Below, one piece after another: positions 10,221 through 18,183 of a stretch of DNA of 64,000 bases; within the stretch, counting starts at the first letter, position 1, and the number at the start of each line of letters is the position of its first letter. A model generated the notes under the pieces. The model made no database searches and had not been told where the DNA came from. It saw only the letters and a program-made list of their open reading frames with translations. Origin of the DNA: Candidatus Kryptonium sp. (lineage in GTDB: Bacteria > Bacteroidota > Ignavibacteria > Kryptoniales > Kryptoniaceae). The stretch is taken from contig JBCNVC010000001.1 of NCBI GenBank assembly GCA_039630395.1, positions 34,861 through 98,860 of the forward strand, given 5' to 3'. The position numbers and the translations under genes were made by a program.

Positions 10221-10659
10221 TTTTAATCACCTCCGCTTCTGGTTGAATTATCTTATAAGTGTAATTTACTTGAGCGCCTGATTTTTTAAGTATTGCGGAA
10301 ACGGAACAATACTTTGTCTGCGAAAGTTCAATTGCCTGCTCAACATCTTTGGGATTTATCCCCTTGCCGTAGATTATGTACTCAATATCAATTTTAGTAT
10401 AAACCTTAGGATGTTCTTCTGCTCTTTCTCCACTTATTCTCATTTCAAATTTATCAAACTTAACTCTTTTCTTCTTCAAGATGCTGACGACATCCATTCC
10501 ACTACAGCCACCAAGTGCAACCAAAACAAGTTCCATTGGTCTTGTTCCTGCATTGGTTCCACCAACAGTCTCGGCGCTATCCATCACGACCCAGTGATTT
10601 GATTCCCCTTTTCCAATAAAGGTCATGCCATCAACGAATTTAACTTCAACTTTTGTCAT
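10213..10659 (-). CDS. OsmC/YhfA family protein
   Basis: 'RPMELVLVALGGCSGMDV' and 'SQTKYCSVS'. Confidence 0.9.
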   Translation of the reverse strand: MTKVEVKFVDGMTFIGKGESNHWVVMDSAETVGGTNAGTRPMELVLVALGGCSGMDVVSILKKKRVKFDKFEMRISGERAEEHPKVYTKIDIEYIIYGKGINPKDVEQAIELSQTKYCSVSAILKKSGAQVNYTYKIIQPEAEVIKNE

Positions 10660-10682
10660 TGTCTATCTCCTTTTGATTGTTT

Positions 10683-10847
10683 TTAAAATTTATTATAAGT
10701 AAGCAAAAAGCCAAGTAATGCGAAATATATCGTGCTTATCTTTGGATTACACAAAAGTGGACACATGCCACCGATCTTTGAAAAATATCTACCAATGAAA
10801 AATCCCATGGTTCCACCAATTATCGCACCAATTATTCCAGCAATCAT
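10683..10847 (-). CDS. 54-aa membrane protein absent from the ORF track, DUF6132-like paralogue
   Basis: Hand translation MIAGIIGAIIGGTMGFFIGRYFSKIGGMCPLLCNPKISTIYFALLGFLLTYNKF; fills the gap in the operon. Confidence 0.7.
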   Translation of the reverse strand: MIAGIIGAIIGGTMGFFIGRYFSKIGGMCPLLCNPKISTIYFALLGFLLTYNKF

Positions 10848-10863
10848 TGTTAATTCTCAAAGT

Positions 10864-11007
10864 TTATTTTGCCCAGATATAATAATACCATATATTTTGA
10901 TTTGACTCTCTTTCAACATATTCACATTTCTCACACCGCCAAACTTCATTATCTCCACAACATCTCCTGATAAAAAGCATTTCACTTCCACATCTTGGAC
11001 ATCTCAT
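10864..11007 (-). CDS. Small Cys-rich zinc-ribbon-like protein
   Basis: MRCPRC..RRCC..WRCEKC; purine-rich AGAGGAAG upstream of ATG 11007. Confidence 0.6.
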   Translation of the reverse strand: MRCPRCGSEMLFIRRCCGDNEVWRCEKCEYVERESNQNIWYYYIWAK

Positions 11008-11056
11008 TGCTTCCTCTTTGACTGCTTGAAAAGTTAAATGAATAAATTTGGTCACT

Positions 11057-11611
11057 TCACTTTTCATTTAAGAGCATTATTATATCTCTTTCGAAAACTT
11101 CCTTTGGACGATAGCCGACATATTTTGCTCTTATATTCCCTTTTCTATCTATCACGAATGTTGTTGGTATTCCACGAATTCCACCATAATCTTGCGTGAC
11201 TTTGAAATTACCAATTAAAATTGGGTAATTAATTCCAAATTCTTTCATAAACGGCACAACATCCCTAACGCCACCTTCATCGAGAGAAATTCCAATTACC
11301 ACGACCCCTTTGTCTTTATACTTGTTATAAAGCTCAATAAATCCAGGAATCTCAGCTCTACATGGTGGACACCATGTCGCCCAGAAGTCAAGAATTATAA
11401 TTTTTCCTTTGAAATCAGATAATCTCACTTTTTTCCCATTTACATCTGGTAGTTCAAAGTTAGGCGCAGGTCTATCATTCGAAGGCACAGTGGCAAAAGC
11501 AGGTGTGATCGTTGAATAGCTTTCATTAGAATTTGAGGCTTTTATAAAAGTATAGCCGAGATAGCCAACAACCGAGATCAAGATCAAAATTCCAATTACA
11601 TTTTTTCTCAT
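11057..11611 (-). CDS. TlpA/ResA-like membrane-anchored thiol-disulfide oxidoreductase
   Basis: N-terminal TM, FWATWCPPC, GIPTTFVID; start placed at MRKNVIG. Confidence 0.9.
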   Translation of the reverse strand: MRKNVIGILILISVVGYLGYTFIKASNSNESYSTITPAFATVPSNDRPAPNFELPDVNGKKVRLSDFKGKIIILDFWATWCPPCRAEIPGFIELYNKYKDKGVVVIGISLDEGGVRDVVPFMKEFGINYPILIGNFKVTQDYGGIRGIPTTFVIDRKGNIRAKYVGYRPKEVFERDIIMLLNEK

Positions 11612-11633
11612 TTTTTGATTCTGTAGTTTATTT

Positions 11634-12017
11634 TTAAACATTTTCAATAACTCTTTCAAGTTTTTCACGGACTTCCTGTGCAATTTCCTTCAACTTTGGA
11701 TTTTCAATCATTTGAGCCATCACAATTGGATCAAAAGCGGATACAGTTACCTTTCCATCCCTTTCATAAACCACAACATTGCATGGAAGTATTAAACCAA
11801 GGTCATATTCAGCTTGTAAAGCTTTATAAGCATATGGAGGATTACAAGCACCGAGGATAATATATTTATCAAAATCAACATCAAGTTTTTTCTTCAATGT
11901 CTCCTTAACATCAATAGTTGTCAGAACACCAAAGCCTTCTTTTTTAAGCTCTTCTGTGACTTTGTTAATTGCTTCTTCATAAGAAAGATTAACAACTTTT
12001 GAGATCCCATATTTCAT
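11634..12017 (-). CDS. DUF302 family protein
   Basis: 'EGFGVLTTID', 'ILGACNP', 'LPCNVVV'. Confidence 0.9.
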   Translation of the reverse strand: MKYGISKVVNLSYEEAINKVTEELKKEGFGVLTTIDVKETLKKKLDVDFDKYIILGACNPPYAYKALQAEYDLGLILPCNVVVYERDGKVTVSAFDPIVMAQMIENPKLKEIAQEVREKLERVIENV

Positions 12018-12406
12018 AGGAACCTCCTTAATATGTTTTCAGATTTAACACCAACGAAAAATTCTTTTATTTTTGAGTTTTCAATTATAACAGTCGAAGG
12101 CGTTCCCATGACTCCAAGTTTCAAGGCAACATTTATATCTCTGCTTACATCGACTTTAAAAATTTTCGTCTTGCCACTTGCAGAGTTAATGAGTTTATCA
12201 ATTATAGGGGTTTGCACTTTACAAGCGGAGCAGGTAGGACTATAAAAGTAAAGCATTACTCTTTCACCATTTTTAATTGCCCTTCCAATTTCACCACCGA
12301 TTTCCGGTATATATTTACCCTTTCTCAATTTCGCTCGTAAGACAACGCTTAAATTCAACAAAATAAAAAATAAAATTATACCAACAAGGATATAAACTAT
12401 AACCAT
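12014..12406 (-). CDS. Membrane-anchored thioredoxin family protein
   Basis: N-terminal TM, FYSPTCSAC, 'GVMGTP'. Confidence 0.85.
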   Translation of the reverse strand: MVIVYILVGIILFFILLNLSVVLRAKLRKGKYIPEIGGEIGRAIKNGERVMLYFYSPTCSACKVQTPIIDKLINSASGKTKIFKVDVSRDINVALKLGVMGTPSTVIIENSKIKEFFVGVKSENILRRFL

Positions 12407-12430
12407 TGTTTAAGATCACTTTAATTTTAC

Positions 12431-12458
12431 AAAAAAGCCCCGATTAGAATCGGGGCTT
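12431..12458 (-). terminator. Intrinsic terminator
   Basis: Inverted repeat AAGCCCCGATT/AATCGGGGCTT whose 3' end runs into a U-tract on the minus strand, just after the DUF2892 gene. Confidence 0.8.
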
Positions 12459-12464
12459 AAAAAA

Positions 12465-12674
12465 TTAACTCCCCGAGCTTGGGGTTTCCTTACGAGTTGA
12501 TATTTTAAAAAGTGAGTAGGCAGGGCAATAACCAACAAGCCCTGTTATAAGTGGAATAAGCCCAATTAATCCCCAATATTTTGAGCTCCCTTCCATCCAA
12601 AATAAGAACGAAAGAAGGAACAAGCCTATGATTACTCTCAAAATCCTATCCCATGTTGCTTCGTTTACCTTCAT
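12465..12674 (-). CDS. YgaP-like / DUF2892 membrane protein
   Basis: 'NEATWDRILR..GLIPLITGLVGYCPAY..IST'. Confidence 0.9.
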   Translation of the reverse strand: MKVNEATWDRILRVIIGLFLLSFLFWMEGSSKYWGLIGLIPLITGLVGYCPAYSLFKISTRKETPSSGS

Positions 12675-12689
12675 GATGACCTCTCAAAA

Positions 12690-12938
12690 TTAGTTTGTTA
12701 AAAGATCAATGTCTTCTGTTTTACTTTTTCTCCTTCTTCTGCGGGATGGTCTTTCGGGAACAATTGCCCAAACACGAACATCAATGTTTTCAATATCTAA
12801 ATGAACTTCCGCTTCACAATATGGACAAAGTTTTACGCTTTGCCTTTCAAGGAAAATTTGATTCTTACAATTTGGGCAATCGGTTATAATCATCCCAATT
12901 ACCTTAGCCTTTTGCTTATTTACAGGCGTCGCTATCAA
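12690..12938 (-). CDS. Small zinc-ribbon protein with a basic tail
   Basis: CPNC..CPYC and RRRRRK; strong SD GGAGGT before the TTG start. Confidence 0.65.
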   Translation of the reverse strand: MIATPVNKQKAKVIGMIITDCPNCKNQIFLERQSVKLCPYCEAEVHLDIENIDVRVWAIVPERPSRRRRRKSKTEDIDLLTN

Positions 12939-13063
12939 TTCCTACCTCCATCTTTAAGTTTTATAAAACCGTTCATCTTAAAAAACAATGCAAAATTTTG
13001 AAATGTTTCAATAAAATTAAGCACTATTAAAATTAAATAAATTTTTCTTGAAATTCAATGGGC

Positions 13064-14266
13064 TTAAGGCAATTGGGAATATCCGTTTTTCATTTTCCAG
13101 AGATAATATTTTTCAAACCATACTTTAACCCAGTGCGACCAAGGCCCTGGGAAAAGAATGTGGAATTTTCTTGGTTTAAAGACCCTGCTTGCGACGAAAA
13201 GAACACCCATATTTCCAGCATCCATAACACATAGAGGCGTTATATCAGCAAACGGAAGTTTTCTTACATGACCCGTACCAAGAATACGAGAAACAATGTT
13301 ATCAACCGCAACTCGAGCCATAACTTCAGACATATAACCGGTTTTCGGTACTCCAATTGGAATTGGAGTTGGTTCCGGGTATTTCACTGCAACCGCTACA
13401 CCAGCAGCATATATATTGTCATAATCCACATGCTTATATGTATCATCAACAGGTATAAATCCAGATTCATTTCCAATTCCTGAATCACGAACCGCTTTCA
13501 CGCCAAGGAAAGGTGGAATTATCATCGCGTATTTATACGGCAACACTTCACCGTTTGAAAGGTAAATTTTGTCTTCAGTTATCTTTTCAATTGCAACATT
13601 TGTAACTCCACGAATTTTAAGTTTCTTGAAAAAGAATTCTGTCATTTTTTGTGAGTTACCAACTCCACCAATTCCAAAGTTTGCGAGAAATGGTTCAGCT
13701 GTAACGAATGTAATATCTACTTTGTCCCTTATGCCAGCTTTTCTCGCTGCATACTCAATATTGAAAACATACTCATACGCAGCACCAAAGCAACTTGCTT
13801 TCTGTGTTGCTCCAATTACGATTGGACCAGGTTCCTTTACGAATTCTTCCCATTTCTTCCCGGCATGGAGAGCATGATCAATTGTGCAAATTGATTCCGT
13901 ATAACCATCGTGAGGTCCGAGTCCTTCAACCTCTTCAAATTTAAGATATGGTCCAGTTGCTATTAAAAGAAAATCATAATCATATGTCCCAGCAGTTGTT
14001 TCAACCTGATTTCTCTCAGGAATTATTTTTGTAGCCTCAGCATGAACAAAGTTTATTCCTCTTCTTTCAAGAACTGGTTTAATTTCAAATGAGATATCCT
14101 CAGGCTTTCTCCAGCCAAATGGAACCCAGATCAAAGACGGTATAAAGACAAAATCTTTCGACTTTGAAATAACAGTAATCTGAGCGCGATCTTTAAGCTT
14201 CCGCTTTAAATCAAATGCTGCATTTAATCCAGCAAACGAACCGCCAAGTACAAGTATTTTTGCCAT
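13064..14266 (-). CDS. sqr: Sulfide:quinone oxidoreductase
   Basis: FAD motif LGGSFAG; FIPSL; SICT, SCFGAAYE, PKTGYM and CVMDAG carry the three SQR cysteines; amphipathic C-terminus. Confidence 0.88.
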   Translation of the reverse strand: MAKILVLGGSFAGLNAAFDLKRKLKDRAQITVISKSKDFVFIPSLIWVPFGWRKPEDISFEIKPVLERRGINFVHAEATKIIPERNQVETTAGTYDYDFLLIATGPYLKFEEVEGLGPHDGYTESICTIDHALHAGKKWEEFVKEPGPIVIGATQKASCFGAAYEYVFNIEYAARKAGIRDKVDITFVTAEPFLANFGIGGVGNSQKMTEFFFKKLKIRGVTNVAIEKITEDKIYLSNGEVLPYKYAMIIPPFLGVKAVRDSGIGNESGFIPVDDTYKHVDYDNIYAAGVAVAVKYPEPTPIPIGVPKTGYMSEVMARVAVDNIVSRILGTGHVRKLPFADITPLCVMDAGNMGVLFVASRVFKPRKFHILFPGPWSHWVKVWFEKYYLWKMKNGYSQLP

Positions 14267-14288
14267 TTCTAGAACCTCCTTTTTTGTG

Positions 14289-14648
14289 TTAAGTTAAAAT
14301 TTTCTTCAGGTTTCCACTACGATACAAATTCAAAACCTCAGAAATTCTAAGCCCTTTTGGTGAAGTGTAAATAATTTTTCCTTCCAAAAGCATCTTTTCA
14401 ATCATCGGCTTACCCATATGAGTGGTTATTATTACATCAACATCTTTAAGAGATTCGGCTATAGCATTGACTCTTGATTGTTTCTCTTTTATGTCATGTA
14501 AGTGTCTATGATGATGCCCTTCGTGAGCTTTAGGATTATGTCGCAATTCTATTTCTTTTTCTGTTTCATCAGTTATCAAAAAATAATGTGCATGTCCAAA
14601 CGCCTCAGAGATATGTTCACCATCATCTGTTGGAATTGCTATTTTCAT
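14289..14648 (-). CDS. NifB/NifX (FeMo-co biosynthesis domain) family protein, His-rich
   Basis: MKIAIPTDDG..ISEAFGHAHYF..VDVIITTHMG; HEGHHHRHLH insert. Confidence 0.82.
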   Translation of the reverse strand: MKIAIPTDDGEHISEAFGHAHYFLITDETEKEIELRHNPKAHEGHHHRHLHDIKEKQSRVNAIAESLKDVDVIITTHMGKPMIEKMLLEGKIIYTSPKGLRISEVLNLYRSGNLKKILT

Positions 14649-14692
14649 GATTTTCTAAACTCTCTCTTTTTTAAAAAAGTTCAAAACAAACG

Positions 14693-14721
14693 AAAAACCC
14701 CAAGGGCAAAGCGCCCCGGGA
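14693..14721 (-). terminator. Probable intrinsic terminator after groES
   Basis: Minus strand reads UCCCGGGGC-GCUUU-GCCCUUGGGG, an imperfect GC stem followed by UUUUU. Confidence 0.55.
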
Positions 14722-14735
14722 TCAAAAAATTTTTT

Positions 14736-15026
14736 TTAATCTTCAATCACTGCTAAAATGTCGCTTCTTGAGATTATTCTGTATTCTTTCCCGTTCATTT
14801 CAATCTCCTCACCGCCATACTTCGCAAATAAAATTTTATCACCTTCTTTAACCTTCGATTGTAAATCCTCATCAGTCCCAACTGCAATTACAATTCCAAT
14901 TCTTGGTTTTTCTTTTGCAGTATCTGGGATAATAATTCCTGATTTTGTTCTTGATTCCGCTTCTTCAAGCGGCTCAACAAGGACTCTGTCGTCAAGCGGT
15001 TTAATTTTCATTTTTTTCGTTCCCAT
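14736..15026 (-). CDS. groES: Co-chaperonin GroES (no adjacent groEL)
   Basis: KPLDDRVLV, TKSGIIIPDTAKEKP, KYGGEEI, DILAVI; the start could also be 15011. Confidence 0.93.
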   Translation of the reverse strand: MGTKKMKIKPLDDRVLVEPLEEAESRTKSGIIIPDTAKEKPRIGIVIAVGTDEDLQSKVKEGDKILFAKYGGEEIEMNGKEYRIISRSDILAVIED

Positions 15027-15042
15027 GAATTTTGTTTTTATT

Positions 15043-15291
15043 TTATTTCAAACCGAGCAGTTGATCAATTTTAGCACGATCAAAACCAACAACAGGACGA
15101 TTATTTATCAAAATAACCGGAACACCAGTTTGACCAGTAAGACGAATCAAATCTCTTGCAGCACGCTGATCCTTGGTTACATCAACTTCTGTAAATTTTA
15201 TTTTTTTCTGCATAAAATACTGTTTCGCTGCTCTGCACCAAGGACAAGTTGGCGTAGTGAAAATAATGACTTTAGGTTGTCTTTGCTCCAT
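15043..15291 (-). CDS. Glutaredoxin-like (NrdH/YruB-type) protein
   Basis: TTPTCPWC, TGQTGVPV, VGFD. Confidence 0.9.
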   Translation of the reverse strand: MEQRQPKVIIFTTPTCPWCRAAKQYFMQKKIKFTEVDVTKDQRAARDLIRLTGQTGVPVILINNRPVVGFDRAKIDQLLGLK

Positions 15292-15300
15292 GTCTGTTAT

Positions 15301-16659
15301 CTATGTTATTTTCTTTTCAAGATCATTTGCAGCAATTAAAATTGGATCCCACACGGGAGCAAATGGCGGCGCATAACTTAAATCAAGATTGGAAATTTCC
15401 TCAACGGTAAGTTTTGCTTGAAGAGCTGTTGCCAACACATCAATTCTTTTAGCAACCCCATCTCTTCCAACCATTTCGGCACCAAGCAAATGACCAGTTT
15501 TCCTATCCGCAATGAGCTTAACCCTTATCTTGCTACCACCTGGATAATAATGTGCCCTTGAACCATGTTCAATTACAGTTGAAACATAATCAAACCCTTC
15601 ATCTTTTGCTTGCTTCTCGGACAATCCAGTTCTTGCTACTTCAAGTTCAAAAACTTTAAAAACAGCTGTTCCCACAATACCTTTGAAAATCGCGTTTCCA
15701 CCAACTGCGTTTTCACCTGCAACCTTACCTTGCTTATTTGCTGTTGTTCCAAGCGGTATATAAACTGGACGATTTAAAACAAGGTGAAATGCTTCAGCGC
15801 AATCACCTGCTGAATAAATTCCAGGTATGTTCGTTTCCATCTTTTGATTTACCGCAATTGCTCCAGTTTTCCCAAGCTCAATCCCAGCTTCTTTGGCTAT
15901 CTCAGAATTTGGTTTTATTCCAGCCCCAATCACAACAATCTCAGATCCAACAATTTGCCCATTGCTTAAAACGGCATTTTTAACATATCCATTTTCACCG
16001 ACAAATTCTTGCACAGAAACAGATTTTAAAACCTTAACTCCATTTCTCATAAGCTCTTGTTCAACGATTTCATTTATTTCGTCATCCATATTTCCAAGTA
16101 TGTTCGGCATTTGTTCTATGATTGTGACATCCATTCCAAGCGAGCCAAGTGCTTCCGCCATTTCCATTCCAATGTAACCAGCACCAACAATTAAAGCTTT
16201 CTTTGGAGAATGTTCTTTTATAAAGTTTTTTATCGCGATCCCGTCTTCAAGAAATCTAATTGTAAAAATGCCTTTTAGTTCAATTCCCTTTATGTTTGGT
16301 TTAACTGCTCGCGCTCCTGTTGCGATCACAAGCTTATCATAACCAAACTCAAATTCTTGTCCGTTCTCAAGATTTCTTACAAGAATTGTTCTTTTAGCAG
16401 GAAAAATTTTCAAAACTTCATGATGTAGAAAAACATTAATGTTTCTTTTTTCCTTGAAAAATTTCGCATCATACACAATTAAATTTTCATGCGATTTTAT
16501 CACATCAGCAACAAAATACGGCAAACCACACGAGCCATAGGAAACATATCCACTTTTCTCAAAAACAGTTATCTCAACATCAGCTCTTAATCTTCTTGCC
16601 CTGCTTGCTGCACTCATACCTGCCGCAACGCCACCGATTACAACAAGTCGTTCCTTCAT
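15301..16659 (-). CDS. CoA-disulfide / persulfide reductase (Cdr/Npsr-like)
   Basis: GGVAAGMSAA, SYGSCGLPY (single redox Cys), GAGYIGME, PLGTTANKQG, DLSYAPPF. Confidence 0.88.
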   Translation of the reverse strand: MKERLVVIGGVAAGMSAASRARRLRADVEITVFEKSGYVSYGSCGLPYFVADVIKSHENLIVYDAKFFKEKRNINVFLHHEVLKIFPAKRTILVRNLENGQEFEFGYDKLVIATGARAVKPNIKGIELKGIFTIRFLEDGIAIKNFIKEHSPKKALIVGAGYIGMEMAEALGSLGMDVTIIEQMPNILGNMDDEINEIVEQELMRNGVKVLKSVSVQEFVGENGYVKNAVLSNGQIVGSEIVVIGAGIKPNSEIAKEAGIELGKTGAIAVNQKMETNIPGIYSAGDCAEAFHLVLNRPVYIPLGTTANKQGKVAGENAVGGNAIFKGIVGTAVFKVFELEVARTGLSEKQAKDEGFDYVSTVIEHGSRAHYYPGGSKIRVKLIADRKTGHLLGAEMVGRDGVAKRIDVLATALQAKLTVEEISNLDLSYAPPFAPVWDPILIAANDLEKKIT

Positions 16660-16668
16660 TTTAAGTAT

Positions 16669-17343
16669 TTAATTTTGTTGTTTCAAAGATTCTTTTGTTT
16701 TTCTCGCTGCTTCAAGAACCTTATCGACATAATGTCTTTCTGGCAAAGCTCCTTCAAAATAATAAATATCGTTCATAACAACCTTCGGAACCCCCATAAC
16801 CATATATTTTTCAGCAAGATCCGGAAATTCTATAGCTTCAATCATATCTGCAGTAATAAGTTCATTTTCCATAGCAAGTTGATGTGCAAGATGAACAGCG
16901 CTTGGACAATACGGACAAGTGGGCGTTACGAAGACTTGAATATGAACTGGAACATCAATTTCCTTTATCTTTTCAATGCTTTTTTGACTTAAACCCGAAA
17001 CCCCTCTTGACACCATCTCAATATCTGATAAAAGCGAGGCAAATTCGTAGCCAGATGGAATTCCAAAATATCTGATTCCGTAATCCTTATCTTCACTTGC
17101 AATAACTGTTGCAGGAACTTTATCTATTTTGAACTGTTCGACCTTGTCTGTATCGGTATAGAAATTATAAATTTCAAGTTGAATTTTATCCGAAAGCTCA
17201 GCAAGTTCAGTTAACAATTGTTTTGTTTCCCTGCAATATTGACAATCAAGTTCCCGCGTGAAATGAATTAAACGAACTTTGTTAAGCAAATTTTCTTCAA
17301 ATCTTCTTTTTAATTCTTCTCTATCATCTGCATCAAGAAACAT
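16669..17343 (-). CDS. Protein disulfide oxidoreductase (PDO, AhpF N-terminal-like)
   Basis: Two thioredoxin units, CQYC and CPYC; GIPSGYEF. Confidence 0.9.
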   Translation of the reverse strand: MFLDADDREELKRRFEENLLNKVRLIHFTRELDCQYCRETKQLLTELAELSDKIQLEIYNFYTDTDKVEQFKIDKVPATVIASEDKDYGIRYFGIPSGYEFASLLSDIEMVSRGVSGLSQKSIEKIKEIDVPVHIQVFVTPTCPYCPSAVHLAHQLAMENELITADMIEAIEFPDLAEKYMVMGVPKVVMNDIYYFEGALPERHYVDKVLEAARKTKESLKQQN

Positions 17344-17356
17344 AGCTTGTTCCTCC

Positions 17357-17644
17357 TTAGTTAGTTTGTTTTTGAATTAGCTTTAAAATTTTAACGACAG
17401 TTGGATTTATAACTGAATAATATACAGCGTTACCCTTGCGAACGCTTTTTATTATTCCACTGTGTCTTAAAACAGCTAAATGCTGCGAAACCAACGATTG
17501 AGAATGTCCAATCAAATGCCACAATTCAGATACAGTTTTCTCTGATTCAATTAATTCACTAATTATTTTAAGACGAACGGGATGCCCAATAACCCTTAAC
17601 ATTTCAGCAATCTGAGAAAACTCATTTACCTTTTGGATAGACAT
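17357..17644 (-). CDS. ArsR/SmtB family regulator (no Cys)
   Basis: GHPVRLKI..VSEL..SQSLVSQHLAVLR..VYY. Confidence 0.9.
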   Translation of the reverse strand: MSIQKVNEFSQIAEMLRVIGHPVRLKIISELIESEKTVSELWHLIGHSQSLVSQHLAVLRHSGIIKSVRKGNAVYYSVINPTVVKILKLIQKQTN

Positions 17645-17649
17645 TGCTT

Positions 17650-17949
17650 TTAATCACTTAATTTTTCTCGCTCCAAGATTTTAGCGATCTTCAAAACAAG
17701 AGGATGCACAACCCTGTATCTTATGTTCAATCCTTCCCTTTCCGCCTTAACAATTCCTTTCGCTCTTAGCAAAGCAAGATGCTGAGAAATCTTCGGTTGC
17801 GGCTCACCAAGGCAATCGCCAATATCACTTACGCATAACCCTTGTTCAATCAATCCACATACGATTTTCAACCTTGTCGGATGCCCGAGAATTTTCAGTA
17901 TCTCTGCCTCCTCTGTGAAATCAGAATTTTTTATCCTTTTCAAATCCAT
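17650..17949 (-). CDS. ArsR/SmtB family regulator (3 Cys)
   Basis: GHPTRLKIVCGL..LCVSDIGDC..QPKISQHLALLR. Confidence 0.9.
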   Translation of the reverse strand: MDLKRIKNSDFTEEAEILKILGHPTRLKIVCGLIEQGLCVSDIGDCLGEPQPKISQHLALLRAKGIVKAEREGLNIRYRVVHPLVLKIAKILEREKLSD

Positions 17950-17968
17950 ACAAATACATTCAAATATC

Positions 17969-17986
17969 TTTATATTGCAATATAAA
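17969..17986. promoter_or_regulatory. Perfect 18-bp palindrome, candidate ArsR operator
   Basis: TTTATATTG|CAATATAAA overlaps the -10 box and predicted TSS of the cluster promoter. Confidence 0.6.
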
Positions 17987-18013
17987 TATAATAAAATTTT
18001 AACTCTTTGTCAA
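17985..18013 (-). promoter_or_regulatory. Sigma70-type promoter of the sulfur/redox cluster
   Basis: TTGACA-N17-TATATT on the minus strand, 35 bp upstream of the first ArsR gene. Confidence 0.7.
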
Positions 18014-18183
18014 GTGACAATTTGACATCAAAGCACTGAATCTCACTTGAAAATCTTGATTTTGCAATAAGTTTAAAACATCAATCTCTCAGCGTTTTTG
18101 GAAAAGTTGTCAAAGACCTGATCAATTTGTTTATCAGTTTTTGTGTTATTATTTTTAGGCGAAAAAGAAAATAGATTTTTTCA

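Noticed and set aside
14758-15339. 193-aa plus-strand ORF and the many other short antisense ORFs in the track
   Set aside because: They are shadows of well-supported genes on the other strand or frame and carry no motifs
7990-17949. Selenoproteins in the redox cluster
   Set aside because: All CxxC motifs are read as Cys within complete ORFs, with no in-frame TGA
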